A DNA stretch of 64,000 nucleotides from Allocoleopsis franciscana PCC 7113 (GTDB taxonomy: Bacteria > Cyanobacteriota > Cyanobacteriia > Cyanobacteriales > Coleofasciculaceae), in assembly GCF_000317515.1 (NCBI RefSeq), contig NC_019738.1, forward strand, positions 1,745,623 through 1,809,622, read 5' to 3'. A program made the translations under genes and the position numbers. Numbering within the stretch: the stretch's first letter is position 1; the number at the start of each line of letters is the position of its first letter. Shown here piece by piece: positions 32,970 to 42,564 of the stretch. The notes under the pieces are model-generated. The model was not told the origin of the DNA, searched no databases, and saw nothing but the letters and a program-made list of their open reading frames with translations.

Positions 32970-33239
32970 ATGGCAACTTATGCAATTACCGGATTAACTT
33001 ATCTAGAAATTAAAACATTAATTCAATCTCTAAACGCTCTTCACTGGGAGACCGATTACACAGAGTTTTGTCGAATCTTAGGCTTAAGTGAAGGTACATC
33101 CTATAGCTTGCAGAAATATACCGAGTTTGAAGAGTTGTGCAAAGCCTTGAACAACTTTAATATTCCTACACTCCTGAAGCTGATAGAGGCAGGTGCAATG
33201 GCTGACCAACAACCCAAGAGCGTCAGTCTCTTGGATTGA
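32970..33239 (+). CDS. Hypothetical 89-aa protein
   Basis: ORF only; no recognisable domain. Confidence 0.3.
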   Translation: MATYAITGLTYLEIKTLIQSLNALHWETDYTEFCRILGLSEGTSYSLQKYTEFEELCKALNNFNIPTLLKLIEAGAMADQQPKSVSLLD

Positions 33240-33380
33240 GAGATGGGCATAAAGATTGTAGTACTCATAGAATCTTCACATCATTTCATTGAAACTTCAC
33301 ACCGACTTGTCGTTAAATCACAAAAACTAAGTGATAGGGATAACAGAGGGAAAGACCAAAACAAGCAGGGAAAATTACCT

Positions 33381-33794
33381 ATGTGCCTAGCACTTGTTGT
33401 AGACGACGACCCCACACAACAACTCATCATCTCCAAACTGCTCAAAAAGATTGGGCTAGATGTCATTGTGGCAAATGATGGCATCGAAGCCCTAGAGCGA
33501 GTTCAATCTACCTCTCCAGTCCTCGTAATTTTAGATATTCTGATGCCCCGGATGAATGGCTATGAGGTTTGTCAACGCCTGAAGTCGAATGAAAAAACTC
33601 AGCATTTGCCGGTGTTAATGTATTCTGGGCAAGAACAAGAGTTTAAGGCATTGATGAAGGGGAATAAGTCGGGAGCTGATGCTTACCTCTCTAAGCTTTC
33701 TCATCCTCAAGAACTGATCAACGCCATTTATCAGTTGTTACCCAAAAAAAAGAAATCTTTACCTGAGATTGAACCCATTAGAGTTTTTAAATGA
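33381..33794 (+). CDS. Stand-alone response regulator receiver (CheY-like)
   Basis: LVVDDDPTQQ...VILDILMPRMNGYEVCQRLK...PVLMYSGQ...ADAYLSKL has the DD, D (phospho-acceptor), T/S and K positions of REC domains. Start taken at MCLALV rather than the upstream extension at 33243. Confidence 0.8.
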   Translation: MCLALVVDDDPTQQLIISKLLKKIGLDVIVANDGIEALERVQSTSPVLVILDILMPRMNGYEVCQRLKSNEKTQHLPVLMYSGQEQEFKALMKGNKSGADAYLSKLSHPQELINAIYQLLPKKKKSLPEIEPIRVFK

Positions 33795-33863
33795 AGAAAT
33801 AAAAAAGAATTAAGAGATATCTATAAAGTTTGACGCAGTTTAGCTCAGTTTTTCGCATCAGAG

Positions 33864-36260
33864 CTACTTTGCCATCAATTCTGTCACTTGCTGTAATAAC
33901 TGTAAAGGTTCGACAGGTTTAAGCAAGTAATCATCAATAAAAGCACTAAGTTCGTCCTCTTGGTCTTCAGTAATGGTGGACGTGGTTAAAGCGAGAATTT
34001 TGATTTGTTGAGTAGAAGGGGAGTTACGTAGACAATGGGTGACCTCATAACCATCCATTCCCCGTAATTGCCAATCGACAATGACAACATTGGGTTGAAG
34101 CAATTCAATCTGCTGGAAGGCTGTGGAACCATCAATCAACCAAACCACATGATAACCAGCGGCGGTGAGAATTTCGCAGATCGATGTTGCACTTTCTTCC
34201 TGATCTTCCACTAAGACAATACTGCCTTGAACAATAAAATTGTTCTTTTGAAGAGCAGCTTCTCTCATAGAAGTAGAAGACGTTAAAGGTTGATTGGGCA
34301 ACCAAACCGTAAAAAAAGAACCCTGACCCACTACAGATTCAACTTCAATTCGGCCTCCATGGAGTTCTACCAATTGTTTCGTCAACGCTAAACCCAGACC
34401 GGTTCCTTCATAGTTACGTTGATATACCGTTTCTAACTGCTGAAACTTTTGAAACAGTAAGGGTATGTGTTCTTCTGCAATACCGATACCCGTGTCTTCA
34501 ACTTGAAAGACAACCCAATTCTGCTCTCGCCAGATTCGTAGAATCACCTTACCCCCTGAGGGAGTAAATTTGATGGCATTGCCTAAGAGATTAAACAGAA
34601 TTTGCTTAACCCGGCGTTGATCGGCACAAAAGCGATCTTCCTGCCGCCGTGTGCCGTTCATACTTTGTGATTTAACTTGCAAATCCATTTCCAACTTGAG
34701 TTGGCGAAGGTCTGCTTTTTCCTGAAAAGTTCTGATTGTTTGGTGAGCCAAGTTATTTAGAGAAAACTCGCTAATGTTCAAAATAGCTTTCCCTGCCTCA
34801 ACTTGAGACAAATCCAAAATATCGTTAATTAGCTCTAATAAATGTTCCCCACTCTCTTGAATCGTTTTCAAATAGCGTCGCTGTTTGTGCAGAGGAACTT
34901 GTTGTGTACCTTCTTGACCAAAAGACCAGCGTAACAGCGTCGCCGACATTCCAATCACACAGGTCAAAGGCGTCCGTAATTCATGACTCATTGTAGCCAG
35001 AAATTCACTCTTAGCTCGATCAGCCGCTTGAGCCGCTTGTAAGATATCACGAAGTTCTTGTGTGCGCTCGATCACCCGTTGTTCAAGGGTCGTTTTTTGC
35101 TGCTGTAACTGAGCATACAACTGGGCTTGGTGAATGGCGACAGCCAGATGTTCTGCAATCTGTTTGAGAAATATTTTTTCATTTTCCAGCCAATGGCGCG
35201 GCTGAAAACACTGGTTGGCAATGAGTAAACCCCATAACTTTTCCTGAACGATAATGGGTGTAACCAACTTAGCGCGAACCTGATAACGTCGCATCAGCTC
35301 TAAGATGCAAGAAGAATCTGGGTAAGCGGCTTCGACATCATCAATACTTAAAGTTAGCCCTTGGCGATATTTTGTTCTGCAATTCGGTACCTGAAGTAAA
35401 CAATCTTCCTTTTCCACCAAATTCAGGACGGAAGAAATTGCATCGGAAGCTTTAGCTTCGTAGGTAACACGACCCCAGTAAACGGTAGAGTTAAGGATCG
35501 ACCCTTGAGAGGTAAGACGTAAATTTAATGATTCTGTCTTGTCTTGTGTTGAGGGAATGTTATCTGGGTAGATGGCAGAGACACAATTGAATTCATCAAA
35601 TTGATAGATTAACAGTCGATCAACCTGAAGAAAATTTCGCAATTGCTCAACGGCTGTTTCCAGAATGACCGGTAACTCTAGGCTTTGGCGAATTTGGGTG
35701 GTAACCTGATTCAGGAGTCGTTCCTGCTCAATCTGTTGGCATAGTGCCTCGTCAACCAAGGGCTGACAAACGGCTACAGGGCAATGGGCCGAGTCACTCA
35801 TTTCGCCAGAAGCCAAGATTTCCAGCAATGAGAGTGTAAATTCAGTCTGAAGGGTTGGATCATTGGTTCGCAGACGAGTCTGGGATTGATGTAGCGTATC
35901 CAAGGCAATAGGAGGATGGCTAGCATGACGACTCAGTTGGGTGAGGAAGGAGGCGATCGCCTTCGGCTCGAAGGTCAACCCAACCTGATACAATCTCGAC
36001 TGACCGTCATATCCAGCCACCGAGTCTGGCTCTTGTGGTTCCCCGACTAGCAGTACACTGAATCGTAATGACAGCAGAACAGCAAACCGCTGAGTCTCAA
36101 ATTCTGGAGGCGTTGCACTCTTAGATAGACTCTTCTCGTCGGTCAGGAGTAAAGCTTCCTCACCGAGTCTAGACTTCATCTGCTTTAATAGGTCTTGCAG
36201 CCGCTCAAACATAGCCAATGGCAACGTTCGGCTGAATCTTGGATCACCCAGTATAGGCAT
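33864..36260 (-). CDS. Hybrid sensor histidine kinase (N-terminal sensory region, GAF, HisKA, HATPase_c and C-terminal receiver)
   Basis: H-box SHELRTPLTCVIGMS, N/G boxes (LLGNAIKFTP, DTGIGI, GTGLGLALTKQLVELHGGRIEVES) and a C-terminal REC (IVLVEDQEE...VIVDWQLRGMDGYEV). Confidence 0.9.
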   Translation of the reverse strand: MPILGDPRFSRTLPLAMFERLQDLLKQMKSRLGEEALLLTDEKSLSKSATPPEFETQRFAVLLSLRFSVLLVGEPQEPDSVAGYDGQSRLYQVGLTFEPKAIASFLTQLSRHASHPPIALDTLHQSQTRLRTNDPTLQTEFTLSLLEILASGEMSDSAHCPVAVCQPLVDEALCQQIEQERLLNQVTTQIRQSLELPVILETAVEQLRNFLQVDRLLIYQFDEFNCVSAIYPDNIPSTQDKTESLNLRLTSQGSILNSTVYWGRVTYEAKASDAISSVLNLVEKEDCLLQVPNCRTKYRQGLTLSIDDVEAAYPDSSCILELMRRYQVRAKLVTPIIVQEKLWGLLIANQCFQPRHWLENEKIFLKQIAEHLAVAIHQAQLYAQLQQQKTTLEQRVIERTQELRDILQAAQAADRAKSEFLATMSHELRTPLTCVIGMSATLLRWSFGQEGTQQVPLHKQRRYLKTIQESGEHLLELINDILDLSQVEAGKAILNISEFSLNNLAHQTIRTFQEKADLRQLKLEMDLQVKSQSMNGTRRQEDRFCADQRRVKQILFNLLGNAIKFTPSGGKVILRIWREQNWVVFQVEDTGIGIAEEHIPLLFQKFQQLETVYQRNYEGTGLGLALTKQLVELHGGRIEVESVVGQGSFFTVWLPNQPLTSSTSMREAALQKNNFIVQGSIVLVEDQEESATSICEILTAAGYHVVWLIDGSTAFQQIELLQPNVVIVDWQLRGMDGYEVTHCLRNSPSTQQIKILALTTSTITEDQEDELSAFIDDYLLKPVEPLQLLQQVTELMAK

Positions 36261-36425
36261 TGCTTTCGTCTATGTGTGACGCTTCTCTCCTTCGTTGATG
36301 CTATTCGAGACTCGGTGACCCACTTGTAATATATTCTTCAATCTTTATCATTAGCTTCTACCCGCAGACTAAAACAAGAGATAACACATTGCACTTGTCA
36401 TTCGACGAAGCCAGAGGACTACACC

Positions 36426-39400
36426 ATGCACCGTATCGCCGCAACGCCAGGAGGGTGGAACCCTCAAGCCGAAGGCGTCATTTTCATTGAACAGTCAGCA
36501 GCACCCATCGTTTTCCTTACAGCAGCGGACACAGATATTCAGACTCTGGCAGCATCAACATCTCAATTGCCAGTGGGTTTCCCTGGGCTACGGGTAGTCA
36601 ATCTGTTGCAGTTGCAGCAGCAACTCACAATTGATACCTATGCAGAAAATGTCTTATCGTCTGCTCAGATCATTATTTTACGGGTCTTGGGCGGACGTGC
36701 CTACTGGTCTTATGGATTAGAAGTGGTGCTAGACACGGTGCAGCAAACGAGTGCTGCCTTGATTGTGTTGCCTGGAGATGACCGCCCCGACCCCGATCTC
36801 ATGAGTCACTCTACAGTATCACTGACCGTGGTGAATCAGGTCTGGCGCTATCTCACGGAAGGGGGCGTTGAGAATTTTGTAAACGCCCTTAAATTTGTGG
36901 CGGATGTCTGTCTGGAGCAAACTTATCATCCACCCGCGCCAAAACCTGTGCCTCGTGTTGGGCTTTATTCCTGGGGAATTGGGAAGGGGGACAAGGGGGA
37001 CAAGGGGGACAAGGGTGATAATTCTCTCTCTCGCCTTCCTCATCCAAAATCCAAAATCCAAAATCTAAAATCCAAAGTTGGGATTCTGTTCTACCGTGCT
37101 CATTACTTGGCGGGAAACTTATCACCTATTGATGCACTTTGTCAAGCTTTAGCTAAACGACAGTTGGAACCTGTACCTATATTTGTCTCTTCGTTACGTG
37201 ACTCAGATGTGCAAGCAGAATTGTTGACGTATTTTCAGCCCAAAGAGGGTTTTGGAATTGACCTGTTACTGAATACAACTAGTTTTTCTCTAGCGAAATT
37301 GAACGCGGAAACCCCTCAGTTGGAGTTGTGGAAGCGTCTGGATGTGCCCGTGTTGCAGGTTATCTTCAGTAGCGGCACGGTGGAACAGTGGGATTCGCAG
37401 TTTCAGGGACTTACAGCCCGTGATACGGCGATGAATGTAGCACTGCCAGAGGTGGATGGGCGTATCATCAGCCGTGCGGTTTCGTTTAAGTCGGTGCAAT
37501 CCTGGAACCCTGATTTGGAAACCGATGTGGTAGTTTATGAGCCGGTGCCTTGTCGGATTAATTTTGTCGCTGATTTAGCCGCGAGTTGGGTACAATTACG
37601 GCAAACCCCACCCCCTGAACGACGCATTGCTCTGATTTTGGCTAATTATCCGAATCGTGATGGACGCCTTGCTAATGGTGTGGGATTGGATACGCCGGCT
37701 AGCTGTGTGGAGATTCTGAAGGGGTTGCAGCAGGCAGGTTATCGGGTTGAGGATATTCCGGAAACGGGGGATGAGTTGATTGGACGGCTGACGGCTGGGG
37801 TGACGAATGATCCGGAAGGGCGGGATTTTCGCTTGGTGCGGCAGGAGTTGTCTTGGGAAGAGTATGGGGAGTATTTTGAGGGGTTGCCTGCGGAGGTTCA
37901 CAAAGGAATAGGCGATCGCTGGGGAAATCTTGAGCAGAGGACTGAAAATCCTCGTGTCCCATTCCCTATTTCAGGAATTCAGTTGGGGAATGTGTTTGTT
38001 GGGATTCAGCCGTCGCGTGGGTATGATGTTGACCCTAGTTTGAATTATCATGCGCCGGATTTGGAGCCGACTCATGCTTATCTGGCGTTTTATTATTGGC
38101 TGCGGCAGCATTTTGGAATGCAGGCGGTGGTGCATGTGGGGAAGCATGGAAATCTAGAGTGGTTGCCGGGTAAAAGTGTGGCGCTGTCGGGTAAGTGTTA
38201 TCCAGAGGTGGCGTTGGGGGCAATGCCTCATTTATATCCGTTTATTGTGAATGATCCGGGTGAGGGGTCTCAGGCAAAGCGTCGTTCGCAAGCGGTGATT
38301 ATTGACCACTTGACACCGCCGATGACTCGTGCACAGTTGTATGGCCCGTTGCAAAAGTTAGAAGGATTGATGGATGAGTATTATGAGGCGCAAAGTTTAG
38401 ATCCGAAGCGATTGGGTGTGATTAGCGATCGCATTACTCAACTGATCATCCAAGAAAATCTCCACCAAGATTTAGGAATCGAAACGGACGAAATCCAAAA
38501 CCCAGATTCTAATATTCAAAATCGGATTGATGGCTACCTTTGTGAGTTAAAGGAAGCCCAAATTCGAGATGGTCTTCATATTTTTGGACATTGTCCCGAT
38601 GGGCGTCAATTGCGAGATTTAATTGTAGCGATTGCCCGTCATCCAAGTCATGATCGTATCGGTTTAACTCGTGCTTTAGCTGAGGATTTGGGATGGGATT
38701 TCGACCCACTTACGGCTGATTTGTCAGGAGTAGGGGATAATAATTACCGCACGATTGGGGACATGGTTGAAGCACTTGAACAACAAGCGGCTGAATTGGT
38801 AGAACAACTGATCCAAAATCAGATCCCCCCCTTACTAAGGGGGGATAGCGTAGGCAGGGGGTTAGGAGAGGCAAGCAAACGAGAATTAGAATGGATATGC
38901 GATCGCCTCTTGCCTTCTCTGCAACAAACTAACCAAGAAATTACCCAGTTATTACGAGGATTGGATGGGCGATATATCGAAAGTGGGCCATCTGGTGCAC
39001 CAACACGAGGACGCCCAGAAGTCTTACCCACAGGACGCAACTTTTATTCCGTTGATATTCGTGCGATTCCCACAGAAACAGCTTGGGCGGTGGGACGAAA
39101 GGCGGCTGAAGTATTAATTGAACGCTATACCCAAGAAAATGGTGAATATCCCAAAACATTAGGACTCTCAGTTTGGGGAACCTCAACCATGCGTACTGGC
39201 GGTGATGATTTAGCGGAGGCATTAGCTTTATTGGGGGTTCAACCCATTTGGGATTATCCTTCGCGTCGAGTGGTGGATTTTGAAATCTTGCCTGTGTCAG
39301 TTTTGGGGCGTCCTCGTGTGGATGTAACGTTGCGAATTTCTGGCTTTTTCCGCGATGCTTTTCCGAACTTAATTAGTTTATTTGACCAAGCGGTTGCAGC

Positions 39401-40409
39401 CGTTGCCGCTTTGGCTGAACCGCCGGAGGATAATCCTTTAGCTGCCCAAGTTCAGCAAGAAGCCGAGATGTGGCTATCCCAAGGGTTGAGTCAGGAAGAG
39501 GCAAATGTGCGATCGCGCTATCGGATCTTTGGTTCTAAACCCGGTGCTTATGGGGCTGGATTACAAGGTTTAATTGAATCTCAAAATTGGACAGATGAGC
39601 AAGATATCGCCCGCGCTTATATTAATTGGAGTAGTTACGCCTACACGAGTAGCCCCCCTAGGGCGTGTTTTCAAACTTCCCCGCAAAATTCAGATCCCCC
39701 CCTGCCCTCCTTAACAAGGGGGGAGAATTCAATCAAAGTCCCCCTTAAAAAGGGGGATTTAGGGGGATCTCCGGGTTTGAAAGCAGACTCCAACCCTCTG
39801 GGTGGACTAGGGGGGGTAGCCGCACCTGAAGCCTTTAATCAACGTTTGAAACAGATGCAAGTTGTACTGCACAACCAGGATAACCGGGAACACGATTTGC
39901 TAGATTCTGATGATTATTACCAATTCCAAGGGGGTTTAACGGCGGCGGTGCGGGCTTTAACGGGCAAGAATCCCACCATCTATTTTGGCGATCATTCCAT
40001 TCCTGAAAACCCGAAAGTTCGGCAACTCCGAGAAGAAATTGCACGAGTCTATCGTTCTCGTGTTGTCAATCCGAAGTGGATTGAAGGGGTAATGCGGCAC
40101 GGTTACAAAGGTGCGTTTGAAATGTCAGCTACCGTTGATTACTTATTCGCATACGATGCCACGACTACTTGTGTAGAAGACTATATGTATCAAGGTGTAG
40201 CCGAGGCATATTTATTCGACTCAAAGGTACAGGAATTTATCCAACAAAAGAATCCTTGGGTTTTGCGAGATATGGCTGAACGATTGCTGGAAGCCAATCA
40301 ACGAGGGTTATGGAAAGAAGTGAAGGGGGAAGTTTTGGAAGAATTAAGAGCGATCGCGTTGCAAGCGGAGGCGGTGATTGAAGGGACTCATGATCAATCT
40401 TTGAGGTAA
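36426..40409 (+). CDS. cobN: Cobaltochelatase subunit CobN (CobN/Mg-chelatase H family), carrying several in-frame repeat insertions
   Basis: 1327 aa with family-typical N-terminus (IFIEQSAAPIVFLTAADTDIQTLA), central GLDTP...ANYPNRDGRLANGVGLDTPAS and C-terminal blocks. Extra low-complexity segments (GDKGDKGDKGD, HPKSKIQNLKSK, IPPLLRGDSVGRGLG, and about 55 aa at 39650-39830) coincide with repeat DNA. Confidence 0.9.
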   Translation: MHRIAATPGGWNPQAEGVIFIEQSAAPIVFLTAADTDIQTLAASTSQLPVGFPGLRVVNLLQLQQQLTIDTYAENVLSSAQIIILRVLGGRAYWSYGLEVVLDTVQQTSAALIVLPGDDRPDPDLMSHSTVSLTVVNQVWRYLTEGGVENFVNALKFVADVCLEQTYHPPAPKPVPRVGLYSWGIGKGDKGDKGDKGDNSLSRLPHPKSKIQNLKSKVGILFYRAHYLAGNLSPIDALCQALAKRQLEPVPIFVSSLRDSDVQAELLTYFQPKEGFGIDLLLNTTSFSLAKLNAETPQLELWKRLDVPVLQVIFSSGTVEQWDSQFQGLTARDTAMNVALPEVDGRIISRAVSFKSVQSWNPDLETDVVVYEPVPCRINFVADLAASWVQLRQTPPPERRIALILANYPNRDGRLANGVGLDTPASCVEILKGLQQAGYRVEDIPETGDELIGRLTAGVTNDPEGRDFRLVRQELSWEEYGEYFEGLPAEVHKGIGDRWGNLEQRTENPRVPFPISGIQLGNVFVGIQPSRGYDVDPSLNYHAPDLEPTHAYLAFYYWLRQHFGMQAVVHVGKHGNLEWLPGKSVALSGKCYPEVALGAMPHLYPFIVNDPGEGSQAKRRSQAVIIDHLTPPMTRAQLYGPLQKLEGLMDEYYEAQSLDPKRLGVISDRITQLIIQENLHQDLGIETDEIQNPDSNIQNRIDGYLCELKEAQIRDGLHIFGHCPDGRQLRDLIVAIARHPSHDRIGLTRALAEDLGWDFDPLTADLSGVGDNNYRTIGDMVEALEQQAAELVEQLIQNQIPPLLRGDSVGRGLGEASKRELEWICDRLLPSLQQTNQEITQLLRGLDGRYIESGPSGAPTRGRPEVLPTGRNFYSVDIRAIPTETAWAVGRKAAEVLIERYTQENGEYPKTLGLSVWGTSTMRTGGDDLAEALALLGVQPIWDYPSRRVVDFEILPVSVLGRPRVDVTLRISGFFRDAFPNLISLFDQAVAAVAALAEPPEDNPLAAQVQQEAEMWLSQGLSQEEANVRSRYRIFGSKPGAYGAGLQGLIESQNWTDEQDIARAYINWSSYAYTSSPPRACFQTSPQNSDPPLPSLTRGENSIKVPLKKGDLGGSPGLKADSNPLGGLGGVAAPEAFNQRLKQMQVVLHNQDNREHDLLDSDDYYQFQGGLTAAVRALTGKNPTIYFGDHSIPENPKVRQLREEIARVYRSRVVNPKWIEGVMRHGYKGAFEMSATVDYLFAYDATTTCVEDYMYQGVAEAYLFDSKVQEFIQQKNPWVLRDMAERLLEANQRGLWKEVKGEVLEELRAIALQAEAVIEGTHDQSLR
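36981..37080 (+). repeat. Intragenic short tandem repeats in cobN: 9-bp (ggggacaag)x3 followed by a heptanucleotide STRR-like array (ccaaaat x4-5)
   Basis: Directly visible: aagggggacaagggggacaagggggacaagg then tccaaaatccaaaatccaaaatctaaaatccaaag. The reading frame is retained. Confidence 0.9.
38821..38870 (+). repeat. G/C-rich palindromic mini-repeat (agatcccccccttactaaggggggatagcgtaggcagggggttagg) inserted in frame in cobN
   Basis: Hairpin C7-TT-act-AA-G6 followed by aGGGGGtta. Same family as 39691-39817 and 56107-56166. Confidence 0.8.
39691..39817 (+). repeat. Composite of two or three G/C-rich palindromic mini-repeats inserted in frame in cobN
   Basis: cagatcccccccctgccctccttaacaagggggg..., then cccccttaaaaaggggg, then atttagggggatctccggg, then ctagggggggtagc. 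Each is a short hairpin with C5-7 and G5-7 arms. Confidence 0.8.
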
Positions 40410-40525
40410 TCGGTTGAGCATCCTACGACGGTTTAGCTAGATTTTGATGGGTTTGTGGTGAGCGTTTTGGCGCTAAAGCGCCCACTACGAACGGGGCGAT
40501 CGCATCAGCATGTTTCAGGTTATTT

Positions 40526-40972
40526 TTATAACTTTTCAGCTTCTTCACCGATGGCTGAACGGTCAAGCCCCTGTTTAATCCAACTGATACATTCCTGCTC
40601 TGATGTGAAAATTTTGGGTGCAGCAACATTATTTAAATGGTCAGGCTTATAGTGGTCATAAAAATATTTTCCACCTGTTTCATAGACAATAATTAAATTG
40701 TTGCGATACGTATAACGACGTTTAAAGTAATCATCACTACTGACAACCTCTGAATTTTGATCGAGATGTTCTTTGGCAATGGCAATACTACCCTCCAAAC
40801 TACTCGAATAAATACCCACCGGATTTTCTGATTTATGAAATTTGCCTTTATGTCCTAATTCAGATAGTAATTTGTAAGAATAAATAGATTGATTATCAGC
40901 TATGCCAAAAACAAAAGGAATAATTAAATAACCTTTATAAGAAACTGATTTTTCGTAAAGTAACCGACTCAT
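40526..40972 (-). CDS. Hypothetical protein, compositionally atypical (AT-rich) ORF
   Basis: 148-aa ORF with markedly lower GC than its neighbours and no recognisable domain. Convergent with cobN. Confidence 0.4.
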   Translation of the reverse strand: MSRLLYEKSVSYKGYLIIPFVFGIADNQSIYSYKLLSELGHKGKFHKSENPVGIYSSSLEGSIAIAKEHLDQNSEVVSSDDYFKRRYTYRNNLIIVYETGGKYFYDHYKPDHLNNVAAPKIFTSEQECISWIKQGLDRSAIGEEAEKL

Positions 40973-41049
40973 TTTAAAATTCTGTCTTAAGGGTTGCGGT
41001 TAGGGATAAGCTGCGGCGCATCTAAATTGGATATGAAAATTTTTGAAAG

Positions 41050-41077
41050 GGGTGTGGGGTGTAGGGTGTGGGGTGTG
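41050..41077. repeat. STRR-like heptanucleotide tandem repeat (GGGTGTG/GGGTGTA x4)
   Basis: ggggtgtggggtgtagggtgtggggtgtg in the intergenic region upstream of the AT-rich ORF. Confidence 0.85.
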
Positions 41078-41135
41078 AAGGTATACAAATTAAATGCGTA
41101 ACAGCTTACTGATTCAAAATCATATTTTGGGAAAA

Positions 41136-41477
41136 TTAATTAGCCTGAACTGGATTCGTATTCAAGTAGAGTGACGATTTATATAAAACTTGTTCTTGAT
41201 GAGTTTCTAAAGTGCAATCAGACACAGGGTAAGCGACGCAGGTGACGGTGTACCCAGCGGCTAATTCCGATGGTTGCAAAAACTTTTGTTCGCTTTGATC
41301 CACCTCACCACTGACTAGTTTGGCGATACAGGAGGAACAGGTTCCTTCGCGGCACCCCGCAGGTAAACGAATACCCGCTTCCTCTGCCATATCCAGAATA
41401 TATTGATCATCGGGTACCGAGATGGTGCACTCAAGATTGAGTGTTGGATTGACTAACCGAACTTGATAAACAGCCAT
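41136..41477 (-). CDS. Plant-type [2Fe-2S] ferredoxin
   Basis: CREGTCSSCIAKL...TCVAYP has the four Cys spacing and context of plant-type ferredoxins (CRAGxCSxCAGK...TCV). 113 aa with a C-terminal extension. Confidence 0.85.
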   Translation of the reverse strand: MAVYQVRLVNPTLNLECTISVPDDQYILDMAEEAGIRLPAGCREGTCSSCIAKLVSGEVDQSEQKFLQPSELAAGYTVTCVAYPVSDCTLETHQEQVLYKSSLYLNTNPVQAN

Positions 41478-41668
41478 CTGTTATTTCTCCATCGCTCCTA
41501 TTCTCTGTTAAGCCAATTTTGCCAGAAATCCTGAATAAGTTTGTCCAGACTTCCCATCGCTGGAGATTACTCTGAATTGTTTAGATTTTCTCCCTTGACA
41601 TTTTGAAAGTCTTAGGCAGTAGTGATAGGCTATGTAACGAATACGACCAATGACCATCCCCAGGATAG

Positions 41669-42538
41669 ATGACAAATCAAAAGCATATTGAATTACTTGC
41701 TCAAGGAGTAAATGTATGGAATGCTTGGATGGAAAAAAATCACCATTTAATACCTAATCTCCGAGAAGCCAACCTGAGGGAAGCTCACCTCCGATATGTC
41801 AATTTGTGTACAGCGGATTTATCCGAAGCAGATTTGTTTAATGCTAAGCTCAGCGGTGCCGACCTGACGGGAGCGAACCTCACTAGAGCGAACCTCTTTT
41901 TAGTCGATTTCTCAACAGCCGACCTCACGAGAGTTGATCTCACTGGAGCGAACCTCACTAGAGCGAACCTGTTTTTCACCAATCTCACGGGAGCTAATTT
42001 GACGGGAGCTAATTTGACGGGAGCTAACCTCAAAGAAGCCAATTTTAGCAATGCCGGCCTCTGTCGTGCTGACCTTAGTGGTGCTAATCTCAATAGAGCT
42101 GACCTCAGTAAAGCCGACCTAAGAAATATCAACCTGAGTGGTGCTGACCTGAGTGGTGCTAACCTTGGTAAAGCCAACCTGAGTGGTGCTAACCTCTGCG
42201 CGGCTAACCTCAGTGGTGCCAACCTCTGCGCGGCTAACCTGAGTGGTACTAACCTCTGCGCTGCTAACTTCAAAAGAGCTAACCTTAGTGGTGCCAGTTT
42301 GAGCAATACTCATGCGTTGGGTACGAACTTTGAACAGGCAAGACTCACGGGTGTTGAGCTAGAAGATTGGAGTATTAACTCTGACTCCAATTTTGATGGT
42401 GTGATTTGTGACTATGTTTATTTGAAGGCGCAGCATCAAGATCGTCTCCCTATGAGTAGAAAATTTGTCCCAGGAGAGTTCATCAGTTTATTTTCCCGAC
42501 AAATGAACTACCCGAATCTATATTCCAAAGGCGCATAA
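41669..42538 (+). CDS. Pentapeptide repeat protein
   Basis: About 35 consecutive A(D/N)L(S/T)GA-type pentapeptides. The minus-strand ORF 41785-42306 is its mirror-image artefact. Confidence 0.85.
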   Translation: MTNQKHIELLAQGVNVWNAWMEKNHHLIPNLREANLREAHLRYVNLCTADLSEADLFNAKLSGADLTGANLTRANLFLVDFSTADLTRVDLTGANLTRANLFFTNLTGANLTGANLTGANLKEANFSNAGLCRADLSGANLNRADLSKADLRNINLSGADLSGANLGKANLSGANLCAANLSGANLCAANLSGTNLCAANFKRANLSGASLSNTHALGTNFEQARLTGVELEDWSINSDSNFDGVICDYVYLKAQHQDRLPMSRKFVPGEFISLFSRQMNYPNLYSKGA

Positions 42539-42564
42539 GTCGAGTCTCCAATGATGACCGCCTA

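Noticed and set aside
33243-33380. 46-codon N-terminal extension of the response-regulator ORF
   Set aside because: The extension has no receiver-domain homology. The canonical REC domain starts at the internal Met (33381), which is preferred.
36819-37125. Antisense ORFs inside cobN with repetitive translations (VPLVPLVPLP; CPPCPPCPP; FGFWILDFGFWI)
   Set aside because: They are mirror images of the GGGGACAAG and CCAAAAT tandem repeats embedded in the cobN reading frame.
41785-42306. 173-aa minus-strand ORF with (LAPLRLAAQR)n
   Set aside because: It is antisense to the pentapeptide-repeat gene, and repeat periodicity produces an open frame on the opposite strand.
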